This document shows, piece after piece, positions 27,155 through 36,753 of a stretch of DNA of 39,195 nt. Both the position numbers and the translations under genes were made by a program. Under the pieces are notes generated by a model. It searched no databases and was not told the DNA's origin. It worked only from the letters and a program-made list of their open reading frames with translations. Source of the DNA: a virus. Lineage: Duplodnaviria > Caudoviricetes. Each line of letters begins with the position of its first letter. Position 1 is the first letter of the stretch. The stretch is from positions 1-39,195 of the IMG/VR virus record IMGVR_UViG_3300032257_000048. One strand, written 5' to 3'.

Positions 27155-27601
27155 CTAAGGTGTTATTGTACAAACTAAGTCTACTTCAGCTACTGTGCCA
27201 TTCATGCCTATTGAATAATCACATGGCCCTAGAGTAGAGCCACACACAAGTTCTGGGCCATACAGCACTGAAGATGTGCGTGAAGCAAAGTAGGATGCAT
27301 CGGCACCTGCTAATGGGGTTAGGTCATAGGCTATTCCACATTGACCATGGAATATAACACTAACACCTGTAGCTCCATCATATATGGGAATAGTTGTTAT
27401 TGGTGCTAAAGGAGCATTGATTGTAACTAAGACTTCATCTCCTCCAGCATCATCAAACATCTTCCTTGCATCAGGCGGTAAAGGTATCGTAATAGTGTCT
27501 GATATAGTCCCTGTGAATTTTCCTGTTAGAAAATCAAATGTTCCACTGCATCCTGATAGCAATATCAGGGCAGTGAATAATGTAATGTATATAAGTTTCA
27601 T
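27155..27601 (-). CDS. lipoprotein
   Basis: MKLIYITLFTALILLSGC lipobox; four further Cys. Confidence 0.78.
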   Translation of the reverse strand: MKLIYITLFTALILLSGCSGTFDFLTGKFTGTISDTITIPLPPDARKMFDDAGGDEVLVTINAPLAPITTIPIYDGATGVSVIFHGQCGIAYDLTPLAGADASYFASRTSSVLYGPELVCGSTLGPCDYSIGMNGTVAEVDLVCTITP

Positions 27602-28598
27602 TTCTTTACCTTTGGTTTAAAGTTCTGTGCAGTACTTCCACAACATCCATACAATGATCTAGCATCTGCACAATTAGTCCAGTAACTGTTAGTATGACTG
27701 GAATACGGGTTATAGCAATACAACGGTGAATGGTAATCAAACGGACTCTTTAGTAGACTGTATCTACAATCATGACAATCAACCATACTAACCTCCAGGT
27801 TTGTCTGCTCTAGTTATATTCAAAGTAGTCAACCATTCTTGGTACTCAGGATCAAGATCTAGAACCTTCTGAGGGTCTACTCTCTTCCCTGTTTCATCTG
27901 TGACATGAAATCCATACGTTATCATATCCTTTATTTGTTCATTGAGCTGAGAATGCAATAAATCAAGTCTTTCCTTATCTATATCCATGATATGAACACT
28001 CCACTACAGAAAGGAATTACGGCTAGGTTTACTTCCTTTAACTCATCTGTCAATTTCATCATTCTTCATCCTTTGTATATAATGGATGAAGGTATCACAG
28101 AATTCTCTAGGTGTCAACCCCATACCTATAAATATATCAAGTAATTCATCTAGATCATATTTAGCTAATAACTCTTCCAGGTACTCATGATCCATCATCA
28201 GAAAACTCCTTAAATAGTGCATTGATCATGAAGGCAGGCATTATGCCTTTATACTTATATAAATCTTTGTATTCCACTGTATAAGATATATCATCTACTC
28301 CCCAGAAGGTCAAACACCTATCATCTACGGGGACATGAGACTCATCTAGTATCTTTTGCATGGCTAATATATCTTGTAACTCAAGCACTTCACTCATCTA
28401 AAAATCCTCATCCTTAAGTACAGGTTCATCAAGAGCATTAAGCATTCTCTCAAGATCCTCTCGTAACTCTTGTACAGTTTCGCCACACGGTTGCATAGCA
28501 TCTTCTGTTATTGAATGAGGGAACTTATCTCCCTCATGGTAAAAAGCCTCATGTATACCATAATGCCTTCCAGTTTTAACTACTCTATGATTCCACAC
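27598..28598 (-). other. small hypothetical ORFs (27598-27786 Cys-rich, 27788-27988, 28185-28397, 28398-28598)
   Basis: ORF track; coupled starts and stops; last has the phage MWNHRVV motif. Confidence 0.65.
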
Positions 28599-29067
28599 GA
28601 TTAATCTCCCGCTGAATGTACCAAATTGCTTTCTCTAAGTCTTGCTTCTTATTACCTTTTAGTTCACATCTTTTTATGTACTTCACTGCATTACCTAGAC
28701 AGAAACCCATGTTTTCAGTTATTTGAATAGTTTCTATACCTGATGGATCTGATGTGTAATGTTTTGGGTGGTTAACTGGGTCTTCAATTACCTCATCCAC
28801 AACCTCAGACTCTTCATTTATCCCTCTAAAGATCTCATTGCTACTTCCTGTAAATTTTATTGTACTCCCATTTTCCATCTGTATTTCATCCTGTTTACCT
28901 ACATCTTCGGTGATAGTTTCACCAAATTTATTGTACCTGTATGTATTAGTATTAGGGTTATATGTAAGTACACACTCATCACACAATGATACACACCCGC
29001 TGCATTTATTTATCATAATTATGTCCACTCTCTTAGTAAATAATCCATACTTAGTTCCATCAGACAA
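28585..29067 (-). CDS. DUF3310 protein (T7 gp1.7-like nucleotide kinase domain)
   Basis: DPVNHPKHY..GIETI...GFCLGNAVKY..R...K...QDLEKAIWY. Confidence 0.85.
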   Translation of the reverse strand: MSDGTKYGLFTKRVDIIMINKCSGCVSLCDECVLTYNPNTNTYRYNKFGETITEDVGKQDEIQMENGSTIKFTGSSNEIFRGINEESEVVDEVIEDPVNHPKHYTSDPSGIETIQITENMGFCLGNAVKYIKRCELKGNKKQDLEKAIWYIQREINRVES

Positions 29068-29783
29068 TAGTTACCATCCTTAACTTCATGTTTATATATA
29101 CAACCCCTGAAATGGTTATTACCTTGGTAACCTTTGTAATCTTCATCGTGTTGGTAAAAAGAGCCTACAGCTAGTCCACGAAGTACTTTCCCATTAGCTA
29201 GATGTTTCTCTGCCAAGTCTTTTCCTTGCTGGTGCCCCATAGTGAATGACATACCTATGTTATTAAGTCTAGAACGTATCATACCGCCCCAAGGTCTGCC
29301 TGTATTAGGGTTAGCGAAGAAGTGACTGTAAGTGATACCATCTATCTCTACCATCTCCAGGAAGTCATAAGCTTCCCAACCTAACTCTTTCAACTTAAGG
29401 TCTTGATACCCGCACTTACCTGCAAGTTCAGGGTTTGCATTCACGTGCCGCATTATTCGTTCTTCATGATTACCTGTAGTAAATACTAATCTAGGCCTGT
29501 ACTGCTTCATCTTCTGACGAACCATCTTAGCATTATAAGCCCAAAGAGGACTTAATAGAGCTTCCATACCAAGTAAACCAGCTTCTATGTCTTGTTGATA
29601 AGTCCTGCCTTCTGCTTTCTTAGTACCTTTGTCATAAGATGAGAGACTAGGCATATCCCAGTGGTCAGCTAAGTGGATAACAGTGTCAGGTTGTTTATCT
29701 ACTATATAGTTACCAGCTGCTGTTAAGTGATCCACTGGAGTCCCTTTCTTACATTGAGTATCAGGTATTACAAAGTGTTCCAT
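29019..29783 (-). CDS. calcineurin-like metallophosphoesterase
   Basis: IPDTQ, LADHWD, GNHE, YSH, MGHQQ. Confidence 0.88.
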   Translation of the reverse strand: MEHFVIPDTQCKKGTPVDHLTAAGNYIVDKQPDTVIHLADHWDMPSLSSYDKGTKKAEGRTYQQDIEAGLLGMEALLSPLWAYNAKMVRQKMKQYRPRLVFTTGNHEERIMRHVNANPELAGKCGYQDLKLKELGWEAYDFLEMVEIDGITYSHFFANPNTGRPWGGMIRSRLNNIGMSFTMGHQQGKDLAEKHLANGKVLRGLAVGSFYQHDEDYKGYQGNNHFRGCIYKHEVKDGNYCLMELSMDYLLREWT

Positions 29784-30103
29784 AAGAACTCCTCTTCAGA
29801 TATTATTATACAGTTCTTCATTTATCTATCCTATAACAAGATAACAGCAATAAAGCTGTAACAATGTGCTTAATTTCAGACAATACATCCTCGGTAAACA
29901 TACTAAAATAGATAGCCGAAACCATACTAATACAACCACCTACAAGTAAAATAATATCTAGTACTTTCATACAACATCCCTCAGATTACCATACCTGTTC
30001 CACCTACGTTTCATTCTCTTGTAAAGGAATTTCCACTCATCGAGTCCGTTTCCGAGTGCCACTATTTTTGCGGCTTTTCTTAATACCTTTGCTCTTGTTC
30101 CTC

Positions 30104-30286
30104 TCATAAAGAACTCCCAGACGATAATGGCCTTACGTTATATAAAGGACAATCAGTGATACCACAAGCAGTTACTTGTTGTTTCCAAGTACCAGGGCAA
30201 GCAGGGTCATAAACACAATCTTTACATTTTTCGTTTATGCTTTTTCTGAGGCTTATTCTTGGTTTTTTGTCTGGTTGTTCTTCCAT
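30104..30286 (-). CDS. Cys-rich small protein
   Basis: KCKDC...C....CPLY..RP. Confidence 0.7.
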   Translation of the reverse strand: MEEQPDKKPRISLRKSINEKCKDCVYDPACPGTWKQQVTACGITDCPLYNVRPLSSGSSL

Positions 30287-30713
30287 CGTCTCGATCCTCT
30301 TTCTTTAGTTGTTTCTGAAGTCTTTGTATCTTAGCTTCGTACTTTGCTTTAGTGCTTTGTTTCTTAACCTTTTTCTTAATCTTTCTTAACTTCTTTATTT
30401 CTTTTTCTATGTAGTTAAGGTGAGTGGGGTACAGAGGGTTATCAGTCCAATCTTTGCTCCAGTACCAAACAAGATTCTTTATCCAGGTGTGTGTACACTT
30501 AGTCCCGCTTCTTTTAACCCAGTGAAGAACCTTCCCCTCTGCTGAATTGCAAGCACGACATAGTACCATTCTACAATGACCAGTGCTGTGCAAGTGGTCT
30601 AGGGTGGCTTGCCCTTCTCTTATAGTATCTTCACAGAGAGCGCACTTACCATCTTGATCTTCTAGCAGGGCTAACCTGTAGGCCGCCTTCTCATTAGATT
30701 TTAGTTTATTCAT
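30222..30713 (-). CDS. endonuclease VII-like Holliday junction resolvase
   Basis: QDGKCALC...LDH.H.TG..R..LC..CN..EG. Confidence 0.88.
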   Translation of the reverse strand: MNKLKSNEKAAYRLALLEDQDGKCALCEDTIREGQATLDHLHSTGHCRMVLCRACNSAEGKVLHWVKRSGTKCTHTWIKNLVWYWSKDWTDNPLYPTHLNYIEKEIKKLRKIKKKVKKQSTKAKYEAKIQRLQKQLKKEDRDDGRTTRQKTKNKPQKKHKRKM

Positions 30714-31207
30714 TTTCCGTGATTCTCATGGTAGCCATAATTAACCTCAGCCTCTTCTCTAGCTACCGCTGCATCTGATAACTTTTTAAAATAACCTAAA
30801 TGTATTTGCTTATAATTGTGAGTTATATATGCCCTATAAACACCTTTCTTTTTGACATAAGAAACACCAATCACTCCAGAAGTGTTTCCACAGCCTTTAC
30901 TTAAATTCCTTGCATTCTCTTGTCTACTAACTTCTCTTAAATTGACTATCCTATTATCATCCCTGATACCATTTATATGATCTATTTCATCAGGTAATCT
31001 ACCAACAACATACAACCACACTAGCCTGTGTGCCTTATAATGGACTCCCTCAAGGGATACAGAAATGTAACCAGAGTCTCGTTTAAATCCAGCTTTAGCT
31101 CCATTAAATCTGTATACAAAGCTACCAGTACCTTCTTTGTACACTAGCATGTTTCTAACATATTGCTGAGTAAGGGTATCAGCTTTCTCTTTCTGTTTAA
31201 GTTTCAC
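30710..31207 (-). CDS. HNH homing endonuclease with AP2-like domain
   Basis: AHRLVWLY, IDHINGIRDDNRIVNLR, NTSGVIGV, HLGYF. Confidence 0.92.
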   Translation of the reverse strand: MKLKQKEKADTLTQQYVRNMLVYKEGTGSFVYRFNGAKAGFKRDSGYISVSLEGVHYKAHRLVWLYVVGRLPDEIDHINGIRDDNRIVNLREVSRQENARNLSKGCGNTSGVIGVSYVKKKGVYRAYITHNYKQIHLGYFKKLSDAAVAREEAEVNYGYHENHGK

Positions 31208-31821
31208 CCGAAGCTCAATATCTTAGCTTCTGTTCTAAGTTCTGAGGTACTTCTCTTACGTTGTGCATGGATAATCTCCTTAGCTCTAGGTTCTTGCATA
31301 TCCTGGATAATACTCAATAACTCAGGTATCTTATCAGGGGTTATAATAACTTCAGAAGCATCTGCTTCACCTTTAGGTGTATAGAACCTCCACATTGATG
31401 GGTCATGTTCTCTAAGCCCCCTGTACCTATCAGGTGGTGCTATAGCTTCTCCTACCCATACTTCTTGTAGCTCTACTTTAGGTATCTCCATCTCTTTGTA
31501 CATTTCAGCTCGAAGTAGTAAGTCTTCTGAACCGAAGTACATATAAGGAGTCTCTTGCATATACCTTGAAGGATGATTTGAATTTCTGTACTCATCAATC
31601 ATAATACAAGCTGTCATGTACTTACTAGGGTTCCTCATGTATATCTTAGTGTTTAGCATGGACTGGTCATACATCTTCTCTATATGCCACCCATTTTGTA
31701 TTAAAGCATGGGCATTGCTTTCCCACCCATCACAAATTACCTTTGTTCTGGGATGGATTACCCATTGCTCATTTCTATAGCTCGCCAAGTTCGAACTCCA
31801 TTTCCTCCAACTCTCGTTCAA
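31204..31821 (-). CDS. hypothetical protein
   Basis: 205-aa ORF tiling in operon; start uncertain. Confidence 0.7.
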   Translation of the reverse strand: MNESWRKWSSNLASYRNEQWVIHPRTKVICDGWESNAHALIQNGWHIEKMYDQSMLNTKIYMRNPSKYMTACIMIDEYRNSNHPSRYMQETPYMYFGSEDLLLRAEMYKEMEIPKVELQEVWVGEAIAPPDRYRGLREHDPSMWRFYTPKGEADASEVIITPDKIPELLSIIQDMQEPRAKEIIHAQRKRSTSELRTEAKILSFG

Positions 31822-31969
31822 GGTTCTTCAAGATACGTCTTGATGTTTCTACTTCTTTAATCTTTGATTTAAAAGCTTGTACCATCTTCTTTTGTTCTTC
31901 TTCCGCAACTTCAAGTTTAGCTTTCGCTAGAGCTGCTTTAACTGAATCACCACCAATTTTAGATACCAT
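31775..31969 (-). CDS. coiled-coil hypothetical protein
   Basis: AAGGTG RBS. Confidence 0.7.
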   Translation of the reverse strand: MVSKIGGDSVKAALAKAKLEVAEEEQKKMVQAFKSKIKEVETSRRILKNLERELEEMEFELGEL

Positions 31970-32119
31970 TATTCTTCACCTTATTTACATTGATTAATTT
32001 AATTCTCCAAGGGAATACAACTCTTTTCTCTTGAAGCTTTTTCTTCATTTTAACAACTTCTAACTCGAACTGCTCTACCTCAATTTCCCATAAAGCTTGT
32101 TCTTTTATATCTTTAGTAT

Positions 32120-32875
32120 TCACAATCTAGCTCCTATACGTTTACCAATATGAAGTAGCTCATAGTTCTTATCGTACATCTCTTTAAAGTCTTCACCGTA
32201 ATGGTTCCTGTATGCAGCTATAACAGCAAGTTTAGGATCTTCAGCCTTGGAGAGTATCTTATAAGCTGCCATCTTACCTTTACCTGGAATCCCTTTAATA
32301 TTATCTGCTGTATCACCTTGAATCATTTGACACCAAAACCACAGATCTGCATCTTCTTCAGATACCCAGTACTTAACTTTCCACTTAGGGTTGTAATGCC
32401 ATCCAGGAAATGTATTGAAGTCTTTGTCTGATGAACAAGGTACATACTTAAGTGCTGATCTTACAAGTGCTGTTTTTACACCTTTACTTGTAACGTACTT
32501 CTTGTTCCAATCATCTCTACATATCTCAGCTATCCAATCATCAGCTTCTCTTCCGTCATCTGTTACAATAGCATTATGTTCTTCAATCAAGTACTGACGT
32601 ATAGCTGAATGCCACTTAGGTTTCTCTTGTTTTCTTTGACCTTTATAATCAGGGTACTTCTCTCTTCTGAAGCATTGCTTCCCTGTTAAGTAGCATTGAT
32701 AATCATCTGCTCCAGTCTCTCTTAATATATTCTTCATATGAGAGTCAACTGTTTTCTGTACATGTTCCCAATTCTCATTCTTGCAAGCGAAGGCGATTGA
32801 GTAAGCATCTACATCTGAGTCGTTCAAAGCTTTAATGCATCTCTCCTTTATCTGGTTTATTCTCTTCGTAGACAT
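32120..32875 (-). CDS. 5'-3' exonuclease (T7 gp6/FEN-like)
   Basis: DSD..AY, YKGQR, EADD, DKD, GDTADNIKGIPGKG. Confidence 0.93.
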   Translation of the reverse strand: MSTKRINQIKERCIKALNDSDVDAYSIAFACKNENWEHVQKTVDSHMKNILRETGADDYQCYLTGKQCFRREKYPDYKGQRKQEKPKWHSAIRQYLIEEHNAIVTDDGREADDWIAEICRDDWNKKYVTSKGVKTALVRSALKYVPCSSDKDFNTFPGWHYNPKWKVKYWVSEEDADLWFWCQMIQGDTADNIKGIPGKGKMAAYKILSKAEDPKLAVIAAYRNHYGEDFKEMYDKNYELLHIGKRIGARL

Positions 32876-33098
32876 CTCTACCTAACAAGAACAAGAAAGC
32901 TTCTGATAGTGTCAAGAGAGCTATATCTGTATCATCAAGAGATTCTACTCGCTCTGAGCATACATACATATGAGCCAGGATAATCTCAGTTACATTCTCT
33001 AACCAGTGCTGTATTTGATCTTCATCCCATTGCTCAGTAACCATTTCAAACATAGTCTCAGCTGGGTTCTCTGTTTTAATTGCTTTAAAGTTAGTCAT
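32832..33098 (-). CDS. hypothetical protein
   Basis: AGGAG RBS. Confidence 0.7.
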   Translation of the reverse strand: MTNFKAIKTENPAETMFEMVTEQWDEDQIQHWLENVTEIILAHMYVCSERVESLDDTDIALLTLSEAFLFLLGRDVYEENKPDKGEMH

Positions 33099-33111
33099 AC
33101 ATCTCCTATTA

Positions 33112-33209
33112 GGTGGCGGGGGCAGGACTTGAACCTGCTCAGTACCTTATGGGCCTATTTCTGTATTCATCCCATCGCCTCTAGGTTTCGCTTCACGCGA
33201 CTCCCCGCC
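33112..33209 (-). ncRNA. tRNA-like RNA (perfect acceptor stem and T arm, non-canonical core)
   Basis: GGCGGGG/CCCCGCC-A-CC; GCAGG-TTCAAGT-CCTGC; fills an intergenic gap; no assignable anticodon. Confidence 0.75.
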
Positions 33210-33564
33210 ATTGTTAGTCCAAACAAACTTTCTGTATAGTCCAATCTTCTAGTAAAGCATCTCTACCTTTGTTCTCATGCAGATAACGAAGGATAATGTG
33301 TTGTATCACAGAATCATCCACTTGTACGATACAAGGTTCTTGTAGATTGTCTTGTAATGAGTACCAAACTTCTGCTTCTATGTTCATTCTTTATCTCCAC
33401 ATTTAATCTTACCTTCGTAGTACTTGTTCTGAACAAAGGTATCTCCTTGAGGTGTACAGATTACTAACAAATGGTGAGTTGAATAATCGTACAAATCATC
33501 TTCATCACACCCTCTTGCTGGGGCTTGGGTGAAGAACATTAAGAACATTACATAAGTTATTGAT

Positions 33565-34110
33565 TTAGAAAGGAATATCATCATCAAAACTATCATCAGG
33601 TGCTGACTTCTCTACTACAGCTTTCTCTGCATCTTTACCTGATGCAAGATCAGCAATCAATGGTTGTGTGATATTGTACAATTGAAGACACGTCTTTTCA
33701 AGGAAGTCAAAGTCTACTTCACCTTTCTTAGCAGGACCATGGAGAGTTACAGCTTGGTTCATTGATGCCCCTATAGCCATACCAATTACATAACTATCTG
33801 TACCTTTCTTTGAGGTACTTGATCCTCTTGTTGGAGCTGTATTACCTGATCCTTCTTTGAGGACTGTTACAGTAGCTTTCTTTACATTCTTGAAGTCACC
33901 GTTCTGGTCATACATACCTTCAATCTCTGCACCTTTGGTGATCATACCTGTCTTAGTCCAGATCTCTCCCTGTACTCCACGTTTGATACTCCCGTAACTG
34001 AACCAATCATCACCCATCTTAAATGAAGCCCTGTGGGTGTTTTCGTACTGGTCTTGCTTGTCCATCTCTTTAACTGATACTACTTCTACTGTTCCTGAAA
34101 ATCCTGGCAT
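33565..34110 (-). CDS. ssb: single-stranded DNA-binding protein
   Basis: OB-fold-like N-terminus; acidic tail DDSFDDDIPF; GAGGA RBS. Confidence 0.8.
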   Translation of the reverse strand: MPGFSGTVEVVSVKEMDKQDQYENTHRASFKMGDDWFSYGSIKRGVQGEIWTKTGMITKGAEIEGMYDQNGDFKNVKKATVTVLKEGSGNTAPTRGSSTSKKGTDSYVIGMAIGASMNQAVTLHGPAKKGEVDFDFLEKTCLQLYNITQPLIADLASGKDAEKAVVEKSAPDDSFDDDIPF

Positions 34111-34131
34111 TTATTTATCCTCTTAGTTTTA

Positions 34132-34165
34132 ATTATAGTCTCATACTTTTTACTGCTTGTCAAGC
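34132..34165 (-). promoter_or_regulatory. candidate ssb promoter with long spacer
   Basis: TTGACA-20nt-TATAAT; -35 inside palindrome GCTTGACAAGC. Confidence 0.45.
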
Positions 34166-34362
34166 TTGTTGTATTCTATTTCTTGTATATGATATTCACC
34201 TGTTAACCTCTCATAAAAACAACGTACTGTACAATCTCCGTCACTGGCATAATCAATACCTATAAAAACTTCTCCTTCTTTAGGTATATAATTTGAGGGG
34301 AAAGGACTAATCTTTACCCATTTAGGATCGAACCATTCATTGCTCAATGTACATCTCCCCAA
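34150..34362 (-). CDS. hypothetical protein
   Basis: ORF track. Confidence 0.55.
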   Translation of the reverse strand: MGRCTLSNEWFDPKWVKISPFPSNYIPKEGEVFIGIDYASDGDCTVRCFYERLTGEYHIQEIEYNKLDKQ

Positions 34363-35834
34363 CTCTCCCCAACTTGAAACGAAGCATCCAGTGGAACTTT
34401 TAGTTTAAAGAACTCACCTGACTTAACAATACTTTGAACACACAGCTTACCAACTTGTTCAGCATCTTCTGGGTTGCATTCAATTATATACTCATCGTGA
34501 TAGTATACAACACGTTTGTACTCAATACAAGCATCTTTTAACATCTTCCTTAAGAAAGCCCAACTCATGTCCATAATCTTAGCACCTGTTGACTGAAACA
34601 GAGTGTTAGTAATACTATGCCTTGATCTAGTATAACGCTTACTGCGATCAATTGTCAAGATATATTTCTTTGAATTGTTCTCCCAAGCTCTTGCTACTGC
34701 TTCATCAACTTCTTTTAAAGCCCAGTTAGCTTCCCAGTACCTATCGAAGTACTCAGAACCTACTTCAGTACTAACACCTAGAGCTGAACAAAATGTAGCT
34801 AAACCACAGAAGTACTGTAAAGCATATCCAGGTGTCTTAGCATCTTTACGTTCACACTCCCATAACTTAGCATTCTCTTCATGTTCATCATACTCATCAG
34901 AGAGTATTCTCTTAGCGTACTCACCTCCGTCATATCTAGCTGTATAGTGGCCTTTAACTCTAGCTTCTAACCCTGCTGCATCATACCCTACAAAAACCTT
35001 GTTAGGAGAGGCTATGAATAGACCACGCATCTCGGAGCCGTAAGGTGTACCTACTCTAGGGATATTAGCTACTGTTTTATGTCTCTGTCTTCCTGTATTA
35101 GTTAAACCTGAACTTCCAGCAGGTAATCTACCATCTATTGCAAGTCTTGGGTTATTAAGCCACCCTTGTATGTTACTTCTTCTATGTCTGTACATAACCC
35201 ACAGAATAACATCTTTAATGAAAGGTACTTCAGAAGATAACTTAACTAAACCTGGACATATTTCACCTTTGTCATGCAGCTTAGGTGAAGTCTTAATCTT
35301 CTTACCTTTCTCTCTTATTTCCTTGCCGTTCGAGTCCTTCTTGAAGTTCCATATAGTTGCTTTCCAACCAAGGGATAACAACCAATCTTTTAGTTGTTGT
35401 TGATTACCTAATGTCATAGCTATATCATGGATAATACACTCATGGTGAGGCAATGGGTGCCAATGTCCATTCTTCAACCCTCCCCAATAACCTGTACCGT
35501 TGTCTACTCTTTTACCTCCTTTGAGTTTTGGGGTACGTGTCAAATAATTAACCTCATCGAACCACTTCTCACACATAGCACTTGGAGTCCCATCCTTCTT
35601 GAACTGTAACTTAGGAGGAGTCATAGCTTTTAGTTCAGACTTCAAAGGAGGACGAGAAGGCAGTTGAGGTTCTACTTCAAGCTCAATTAACTCCATCTTT
35701 TGAGTTAACTCTTGTATTAATTCTTCAGCTCTAACAGAGTCAAAACAGATACCTGTCCTTTCTTGTTCACACATACCGTCATAAGTTATGTGAGCTAGTT
35801 TAAGATACAAAGGGAGGTTAATCACTTGCACCAC
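34344..35834 (-). CDS. family A DNA polymerase, polymerase domain only (likely start GTG 35825)
   Basis: TNTGR, NIPR, motif A DAAGLEAR, motif B R...K...Y...Y, motif C HDE. Confidence 0.95.
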   Translation of the reverse strand: MVQVINLPLYLKLAHITYDGMCEQERTGICFDSVRAEELIQELTQKMELIELEVEPQLPSRPPLKSELKAMTPPKLQFKKDGTPSAMCEKWFDEVNYLTRTPKLKGGKRVDNGTGYWGGLKNGHWHPLPHHECIIHDIAMTLGNQQQLKDWLLSLGWKATIWNFKKDSNGKEIREKGKKIKTSPKLHDKGEICPGLVKLSSEVPFIKDVILWVMYRHRRSNIQGWLNNPRLAIDGRLPAGSSGLTNTGRQRHKTVANIPRVGTPYGSEMRGLFIASPNKVFVGYDAAGLEARVKGHYTARYDGGEYAKRILSDEYDEHEENAKLWECERKDAKTPGYALQYFCGLATFCSALGVSTEVGSEYFDRYWEANWALKEVDEAVARAWENNSKKYILTIDRSKRYTRSRHSITNTLFQSTGAKIMDMSWAFLRKMLKDACIEYKRVVYYHDEYIIECNPEDAEQVGKLCVQSIVKSGEFFKLKVPLDASFQVGESWGDVH

Positions 35835-36355
35835 TTGCCATTAGGTGCGATAATAGTATGCTTAGTGTACCTTCTAAAAGCATGGTAATAACAGACCACA
35901 CCTTCTGGAGTAGTACCATCTGCATCATCTTGCAACTTATCTAACAAAGATTGAATAGTTACAGGAGAAAGCTCCCCTTGATAAAGGATAGGGACTACTG
36001 AGCAACACTCAGGTCTGCTCGGGTTATCAGGGTTCCATCTGAAAGTATTGAACAAGAATAAAGTCTTTTCATTCAGGCCATGTGGGTTTTTCTGAATACC
36101 TGGGCCAGCCCATTCACCGTAGTGGTAGCCATCACCTAGAGTAAGCAAACCTTTGGTATTATCTTTTACCCATTGAGCAAACCCGAAGTTATCATCTTCA
36201 GGTGTAATGAATCTCTTACGTGACTGTACACCAACTATCTGATTATCTTGAATAACAATACAAGAGTTAGTGCCATCAATCTTCTCTGTAATAGTAACCT
36301 TGAATGGGTTATCTCTACCAATCTTAGGCCATGCTTTAAATTCTATTTCACTCAT
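35822..36355 (-). CDS. RNA ligase-like nucleotidyltransferase (Rnl2-type, minimal)
   Basis: motif I EKIDGTN, SRKR, GEW.G.GIQ, LFLF, EGVV. Confidence 0.85.
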   Translation of the reverse strand: MSEIEFKAWPKIGRDNPFKVTITEKIDGTNSCIVIQDNQIVGVQSRKRFITPEDDNFGFAQWVKDNTKGLLTLGDGYHYGEWAGPGIQKNPHGLNEKTLFLFNTFRWNPDNPSRPECCSVVPILYQGELSPVTIQSLLDKLQDDADGTTPEGVVCYYHAFRRYTKHTIIAPNGKWCK

Positions 36356-36364
36356 ATCTCTATC

Positions 36365-36568
36365 CTAGCTGTAATTGTACTCTGATTTAATATTAGGTGC
36401 AACACCATGTACTTTAACTGTTACTGAGTTACCGTACCCTGCTTCTTTGTACAACTTAAAACACAAATCCCAGAACTCCTCTCCGTTACTTATAGCTCCA
36501 TCAGGGTCTTTAAGCTCAAGTGAAGGGAACTCTTCTTTTATAACAATGTAACCTGTTTCTGTCATCAT
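36365..36568 (-). CDS. hypothetical protein
   Basis: GGAG RBS. Confidence 0.65.
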   Translation of the reverse strand: MMTETGYIVIKEEFPSLELKDPDGAISNGEEFWDLCFKLYKEAGYGNSVTVKVHGVAPNIKSEYNYS

Positions 36569-36753
36569 ATCTCTATCTCCGCTTCGTTAACAATTCTACA
36601 AAGTTCTTTTATTAGTAGCTTCACGTCTTCAAGTGTCAGCATTGCAGGGTCTTCATACAATGAGTCGAACTCTATCATGTCATACTTTATAAGATCTGTA
36701 TCTACTACTAAATCACTTACTCTGATAATCAATTCCAGCCTCCTTTTGACGAA

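Noticed and set aside
33112-33209. Canonical tRNA, tmRNA or attP
   Set aside because: No 7-nt anticodon loop, no G3-U70 pair or tag ORF, and no integrase in the genome
34344-35834. Z-genome or other modified-base system
   Set aside because: No PurZ, dATPase, queuosine-pathway or glycosyltransferase genes recognised
35835-36753. Group I intron or intein in the DNA polymerase
   Set aside because: Gap is filled by ordinary ORFs with RBSs; no intron core, intein motifs or homing nuclease seen
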